Shown here one piece after another: positions 35,457 to 39,649 of a DNA stretch of 39,649 nucleotides. The stretch comes from a virus. The notes beneath the pieces were generated by a model. The model was not told the DNA's origin. It saw nothing but the letters and a program-made list of their open reading frames with translations, and did not search any database. The stretch's first letter is position 1. Each line of letters begins with the position of its first letter. The stretch lies in the UHGV virus genome UHGV-0344182; one strand, 5' to 3'. The position numbers and the translations under genes are program-made.

Positions 35457-35844
35457 GTCGTCCCTCCATGTATCGCATGACTGTATCTCTGGCATCCTGC
35501 CACCCGTGGCACACGGCCACGCCGTAGCCGGCGCGTGACAGGAGCGCCCCGACTATCTTTTGTGCGGCGCTTATCCGGCCGCCCCCTGCCCGCTTCATCT
35601 CAATAAAGAGGCCGTGCAGGCCGCTGGCAGGGTAAGCAAGGAAGACGTCAGGCACGCCGGGCAGTACGCCTTCCGCCTTGAGCCTTGCGCCGGTGATAGC
35701 CGAGCGGGCTCCCCCGTTTGGCACGGCGAAGAGCAGCGCCGCCGGATACCTGGATCTGTATAGGTCCCACCAGCGGAAGAGCGCCTGCTGCTCACGGCTT
35801 TCAGAAGCCTTCCCTGCTGTATTCACACGATTAACAGCTTTCAT
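35437..35844 (-). CDS. VRR-NUC domain nuclease
   Basis: EQQALFRWW...AVPNGG...PGVPDVFL...GLFIEMK matches VRR-NUC (PD-(D/E)xK) signature. Confidence 0.8.
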   Translation of the reverse strand: MKAVNRVNTAGKASESREQQALFRWWDLYRSRYPAALLFAVPNGGARSAITGARLKAEGVLPGVPDVFLAYPASGLHGLFIEMKRAGGGRISAAQKIVGALLSRAGYGVAVCHGWQDARDTVMRYMEGRHVEGME

Positions 35845-36149
35845 GCCACGAATAACCTATTTATTATATAAATAATAAAAAAAATATTTTTTTATATAAA
35901 TTTTAATAAGGCATAAATAAGGCACTAATAATGCACCTGTAAGTATCTGTTTTTACAGGATAAGGCAAATAAGGCAGATAATGCACCCCTATACCTTTTC
36001 CCCCTGTTTGTAGGCTCGGATAAAAGCCCCCCCCCAAAAACCCTGCCTTATTTGCCTTATCCTGTAATTTCAAATAGTTACATGTGCATTATTAGTGCCT
36101 TATTAGTGCATTATTGGTGCCTTATTAAATTGATAGCCAACTGTTTTTG
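35845..36149. repeat. AT-rich iteron-bearing nested palindrome, candidate origin of replication
   Basis: 4 direct ATAAGGCA copies (35906, 35917, 35960, 35969) mirrored by 4 TGCCTTAT copies (36044, 36053, 36096, 36118); AAGGCACTAATAATGCAC / GTGCATTATTAGTGCCTT arms; A/T tract 35860-35905; C8 run at the centre. Confidence 0.55.
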
Positions 36150-38354
36150 TTAATCATTTTGCTGCTCTCCTTCCTTTTCTTCTACCAAGCAGAAAAGGTC
36201 AAGTGTTTTTTTGGATTTCGGGGAACTTCGCCACGCGGGCATCACCCGCAGGCGGTTCATCTGGATTAGCTTGTCGCGCACGTCTTTCGCCTGCCTGGGG
36301 GTGGCGCCCTTCAGTGCCTTTTCGATTACGCACCACGGGGCACCCGGCTTATCCTGCTTTCTGGACGCTTCGCGCTTCCGGTAGCGGATGATGGCGTTCT
36401 GTGCGTCGAGGCACCATTTTTCGAAATCGGACGCGTGCACGTTTTGGTCAATCTGCTTCACTAGCCGGGCGGAGAGTGTCCGCACGAGAAGCCATGCCCA
36501 GGACACATCCGGCAGTGTCACCTTGTCCGTCAGGACACCAGCGCCGCAGCGGGAGAGCGCGTGGATGAGCGCGATTTTGATCGTGTGCTCAGCGGCGCGG
36601 CCCCATATGGTAGCGGCGGCCGCCTCTTCCCCGCCGTCATCGCCATCAAAAGCCAGCCTATCACACTCATCCATGACAGAATGGATGAGATTTTTTGCGT
36701 CGTCGGAGAAGATGATGACGTGGGGGCGGGCCATTGATTCAAGGCTCACCCCGCCGGCCGGCGTTTCCTCAGGCGTCTGCTCGCCGCCGGGTATCGCCCA
36801 TATCGCGGATAGGGAGGCCAGCAGTTCTGGCGGTATAGTCATGTCGGGGCTGTAGTTGCGCGGGGCGAGGGCGTCGGCCGTCCGCTCGAAGACAAGCAGA
36901 CGGGCAAGGAAGCCGTTCGTTGTCTCTCCCTCCTGAATAGAACCCCAGAACTCCTGCGGGACGCTCAGCCCCAGCAGGCTGAGCGCCTGCCACGCAATAA
37001 TCTTGTTCCGGTCCGTGTCCGCATACGTCTTCACATACGGAGACGCGTAGCAGCTGAAAAGCTCAGTCAGGAGCTTTGCAATTCCGGCGCGCGGCGAGTT
37101 GAGGTTTTTGCCGGCCTTCAGGAAAAGGCCGAGTTCGTCAAAGACGAAGCAGAGACGGTGGCGGCCGGTCTGGGCAATGGTGTTGATTATTGCGGCGTCG
37201 GAAGCCACGTCCATGCCACCTAAAGCGTCGCCGCCGGTTACGGCCTTCAGTAGGCGTGTGACGGCCTGTTTTGGCGCGTCCTTGCCGGACGCAGAACGCC
37301 CGAGGACGGCGCAGTAAACGTTGGTTGTCAGGCCGGTTTCGGCCTTAATCCGCTGCCCGGCGAGCGTACCGAGTACGGCGATTGCGCCCGGCAGAGAGTA
37401 CTCCGGCGCGGTGCGGACGGATGCGCGCGCCGTGTAGTCCATGATGGCTTCTAACAGTCCCCCGGGGTGGAGCAGCTCGTCAGGGAAAGCGGCGTCAGTC
37501 TCAGCATCCACGGGCTGGAGCTCGAGGCCTGACATGTCCGTAGCCAGGGCGTCAGGGGAAGCGTCTTTCCCCAGCGGGTGATTCCGCTGATGGGTCTTGT
37601 AAATTCCGCCCACGATACCTACGACCTCACGCGCCTTCAGCGGCGGCGTGCATATGTCGTTGTTCTTCTCCAGCGTAAGTTTCAGCGCCCGGTCAGGCGG
37701 GCACCCGCTCCCGATAAGCGCCGCGGCGTAGGAGAGGAGCGTGTTGTGTCTGTTCCCCTCGAGCACCTCACTATACTTCGCCCTGATGTCGGCTATCCGC
37801 TCATCCAGACCGGACAGATCTATGGAGCTTGCAGGCTTCAGGATGGCGAACTCCGGGGCGTACTCCCACACACCGGGGAACTCGACGTCAGCGGTGTAGA
37901 TAACGCCGCTTTTGTGGACGGAGCCAGGGGCCACGCCCAATTGGCCGTCGCGGCGCAGTTCTGCGTGCACTCCGTCCTTGCGCGGGTCGATTGCCTTAAG
38001 GTCATCGACGTATTCAGGGCCGGGGTGATGATAGTAGAGATGCCACCCGCGGGACGTCTTCACCTTTACCGGTGTAGTCGGGAGGTGCACCTGTGCCCAC
38101 TTGTAGGCGGCCTCATCGTCGCAGTCGAACACCACCAGATCCGAGACCACCCCGGCGATGCACCCCCAGTTGCAGCCGGGAAATTTTTTGGCCCATTCAA
38201 GGATCTGATCAGTGTCAGCGGCCTGCGTTTGGTACGGCGTCCATGGGATGCACGATTTTTTGGTGCCTCTTCCCAGGGGCACCATTGAGAAGCCGCACTT
38301 CTCCGCCAGATAGACGGCAATTTCCGCCGCGGTTTTGCCCTCAAACGGGTTCAT
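36150..38354 (-). CDS. bifunctional primase-polymerase (Prim-Pol N-terminal domain) with C-terminal P-loop-like domain
   Basis: VVFDCDD....VKTSRGWHLYY prim-pol motifs; GRSASGKD P-loop-like segment; start refined to ATG 38354 (AAGGAGG RBS, ATGA overlap with upstream HTH gene). Confidence 0.8.
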   Translation of the reverse strand: MNPFEGKTAAEIAVYLAEKCGFSMVPLGRGTKKSCIPWTPYQTQAADTDQILEWAKKFPGCNWGCIAGVVSDLVVFDCDDEAAYKWAQVHLPTTPVKVKTSRGWHLYYHHPGPEYVDDLKAIDPRKDGVHAELRRDGQLGVAPGSVHKSGVIYTADVEFPGVWEYAPEFAILKPASSIDLSGLDERIADIRAKYSEVLEGNRHNTLLSYAAALIGSGCPPDRALKLTLEKNNDICTPPLKAREVVGIVGGIYKTHQRNHPLGKDASPDALATDMSGLELQPVDAETDAAFPDELLHPGGLLEAIMDYTARASVRTAPEYSLPGAIAVLGTLAGQRIKAETGLTTNVYCAVLGRSASGKDAPKQAVTRLLKAVTGGDALGGMDVASDAAIINTIAQTGRHRLCFVFDELGLFLKAGKNLNSPRAGIAKLLTELFSCYASPYVKTYADTDRNKIIAWQALSLLGLSVPQEFWGSIQEGETTNGFLARLLVFERTADALAPRNYSPDMTIPPELLASLSAIWAIPGGEQTPEETPAGGVSLESMARPHVIIFSDDAKNLIHSVMDECDRLAFDGDDGGEEAAAATIWGRAAEHTIKIALIHALSRCGAGVLTDKVTLPDVSWAWLLVRTLSARLVKQIDQNVHASDFEKWCLDAQNAIIRYRKREASRKQDKPGAPWCVIEKALKGATPRQAKDVRDKLIQMNRLRVMPAWRSSPKSKKTLDLFCLVEEKEGEQQND

Positions 38355-38572
38355 TGCTGATCCTCCTTCCCGAAGAGCTGCGGGGGCCACAGGTCAGGCC
38401 GCAGTTCATATAGGGGGATCCCTAGTATCTTGTGGTAACGCATCGCAGTTTTAGCTCCTACTGTTCTCAGGCCTTTAAGCTGCTTATAGAGAGTCTGATA
38501 GTTTACTCCGCGCTTGCTGGCCGTATTACATGTCAACCCGTATTTATTCAGCACATCTTGTAAGTTTTCCAT
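38351..38572 (-). CDS. Cro/YdaS-like HTH regulator
   Basis: 73 aa; VNYQTLYKQLKG..GAKTAMRYHKILGIPLYELRPDLW resembles the YdaS/Cro family ending in LRPD. Confidence 0.55.
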   Translation of the reverse strand: MENLQDVLNKYGLTCNTASKRGVNYQTLYKQLKGLRTVGAKTAMRYHKILGIPLYELRPDLWPPQLFGKEDQQ

Positions 38573-38893
38573 GGGGGGGAACTTTAAACAAAAGACAAAA
38601 AAATATCAAGAGCGGGGGCTTAGCTTTTTCTGCTCAAAAATTTTGGGCAAATAGCAAAAAAACTTCTTGCATTTTTTAACCGTTTAGATATTCTGTCTTT
38701 GCCAGCGGGGAGAAGAGCCGCAGAAAGGAACCTTCCGAGGGTCCGAGTAAGCAGAGGCACTGCCCTCCCCAAAAGGCCCCGTCTGTCCGGCAGGGACGGC
38801 CTGAATCATAGGGTAAGTCGGCATAGCCGCACACTGCCTTATTAGTAAGGTACGAAGAACGAGGGACACGAAGACGGGATAAAGGAGGCGAAA

Positions 38894-39190
38894 ATGAATT
38901 TTAAAGAAGTCGTAGATTTTTTATCCCACGATGACAGGGGGGCGGAGACCGTGGCCTCTCCATCGGATCCGTCTCTCCTGAGCTCGCTAGAGGGGTCCAT
39001 CGGCAATGCGTACCGCTTCACACGCGCCCAGGGAAAGACGCCAGAGGACGCTATGCGCTGGATCCTCTGGACACTGTTCTACTTCGTCCAGCAGGAGCGC
39101 GAGCTCACAGACAAGGACGAAGACGTTGTACTCGAAGCCCTTGCGGCCGCGAAGGCCAACGCCGCCTTCTGTCGTAAGGACGGAGAATAG
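38894..39190 (+). CDS. small phage protein, paralog of 5847..6140
   Basis: AAAGGAGG RBS; conserved ILWTLFYFVQQERELTDKDEDVVLEALAAAKANAAF block shared with the 5847 gene product. Confidence 0.55.
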   Translation: MNFKEVVDFLSHDDRGAETVASPSDPSLLSSLEGSIGNAYRFTRAQGKTPEDAMRWILWTLFYFVQQERELTDKDEDVVLEALAAAKANAAFCRKDGE

Positions 39191-39192
39191 GA

Positions 39193-39423
39193 ATGTATAC
39201 AGCCACTGACCGTTTTCATGACACTGCCGCCCTTCTCTCTTCCATCGAGAGCCGGACGGTACGCGAGGCCCGCAGGGCCTTTGCCTGGCAGATGGCGCAG
39301 CAGAGAAAGAGGACTCGCAGGGAGCGCATCATATCCGTATGTGCAACAACCGTAGCCGCGGCCGTATGGGCCGCGTGTATTCTGCTTACGAGCGGCATGC
39401 TGTTCATCGTGGGCACAGAATAG
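39193..39423 (+). CDS. small protein with C-terminal TM helix (76 aa)
   Basis: ORF 2 nt after upstream stop; IISVCATTVAAAVWAACILLTSGMLFIVG hydrophobic segment. Confidence 0.4.
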   Translation: MYTATDRFHDTAALLSSIESRTVREARRAFAWQMAQQRKRTRRERIISVCATTVAAAVWAACILLTSGMLFIVGTE

Positions 39424-39432
39424 GACAAAAAA

Positions 39433-39639
39433 ATGAAATATCTCATTTCAAAAAATATTCTCATCGAAGACTTTACCCGTTTTATTGGAAGTCACAATGG
39501 TGTGTTTGTTGGGGAACAATCAGGCATAGACCAAGTCAGAATTGACGATATAGACGCAATCGTATGTTACCCGGACGACGCTGAAGGGTACGGCAAATTT
39601 GGCAAAAAAATCATCACTGTAAAAGCATTGAATAGTTAA
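39433..39639 (+). CDS. hypothetical protein (68 aa), low-GC
   Basis: ORF with about 40% GC by eye, well below the window average. Confidence 0.4.
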   Translation: MKYLISKNILIEDFTRFIGSHNGVFVGEQSGIDQVRIDDIDAIVCYPDDAEGYGKFGKKIITVKALNS

Positions 39640-39649
39640 ATTTCCCGTT

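Noticed and set aside
1-39649. Integrase, CI-type repressor, tRNA genes, CRISPR arrays, diversity-generating retroelement near the tail fibers
   Set aside because: Looked for tyrosine/serine recombinase motifs, cloverleaf-like sequences, regularly spaced direct repeats, and a reverse transcriptase plus template repeat next to the fiber C-termini; none found in this window. They may lie outside it.

Overview
The window looks like a near-complete genome of a high-GC (about 60% by eye) tailed phage or prophage with strong AGGAG-type ribosome-binding sites and tightly packed, often overlapping genes. I assigned nothing by database search; all calls rest on motifs read from the translations and on gene order.

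Layout:
- 1..6.8 kb, + strand: recombination/replication module. It contains a Gp157-like protein, a Sak4-like AAA ATPase (Walker A ILGASGIGKTS), a DUF669-like single-strand-binding partner, an SF2 DEAH helicase with a C-terminal zinc ribbon, a Cas4/RecB-like PD-(D/E)xK nuclease with a Cys cluster, and a ThyX-fold protein that lacks the RHR catalytic signature.
- 7.0..8.45 kb, - strand: a compositionally distinct lower-GC cassette of four small genes with its own sigma70-like promoter and a strong rho-independent terminator. It encodes a signal-peptide Cys-rich protein, a protein with a Gly-zipper transmembrane helix plus coiled coil, and two unknowns. This is the best candidate for an undescribed accessory system.
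- 8.6..29.6 kb, - strand: the late operon. In transcription order it runs pesticin/T4-lysozyme-like endolysin, GTA-type 3TM holin, a second small holin, TerS, TerL, portal, scaffold, major capsid protein, a run of small virion proteins, and three large Gly-rich internal proteins (286, 596 and 903 aa). Two tail-fiber plus chaperone cassettes follow, with a Pnk-like P-loop kinase wedged between them, then an XkdX-like 35-aa protein. There is no tape measure, sheath or tube gene, which suggests a short-tailed virion.
- 29.56..30.96 kb, + strand: a divergent-promoter, repeat-rich operator region drives a three-gene operon of two acidic proteins and a ribbon-helix-helix (RHH) protein, closed by a strong terminator. 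The layout resembles an acr-aca (anti-defense plus autoregulator) locus.
- 30.96..38.57 kb, - strand: early genes. These are a Cro/YdaS-like HTH, a primase-polymerase, a VRR-NUC nuclease, GcrA-like HTH proteins, a Dam methyltransferase, a MazG-like protein, a Lar-like zinc ribbon, a beta-helix protein and membrane proteins.
- 35.85..36.15 kb: a 305-bp AT-rich region between the VRR-NUC and primase-polymerase genes carries a roughly 220-bp nested palindrome built from ATAAGGCA iterons; a likely replication origin.

Other points:
- Two paralogous roughly 97-aa proteins sit at 5847 and 38894.
- No integrase, tRNA or CRISPR array was seen.
- Many long ORFs in the six-frame track are antisense shadow ORFs of high-GC genes and were rejected.
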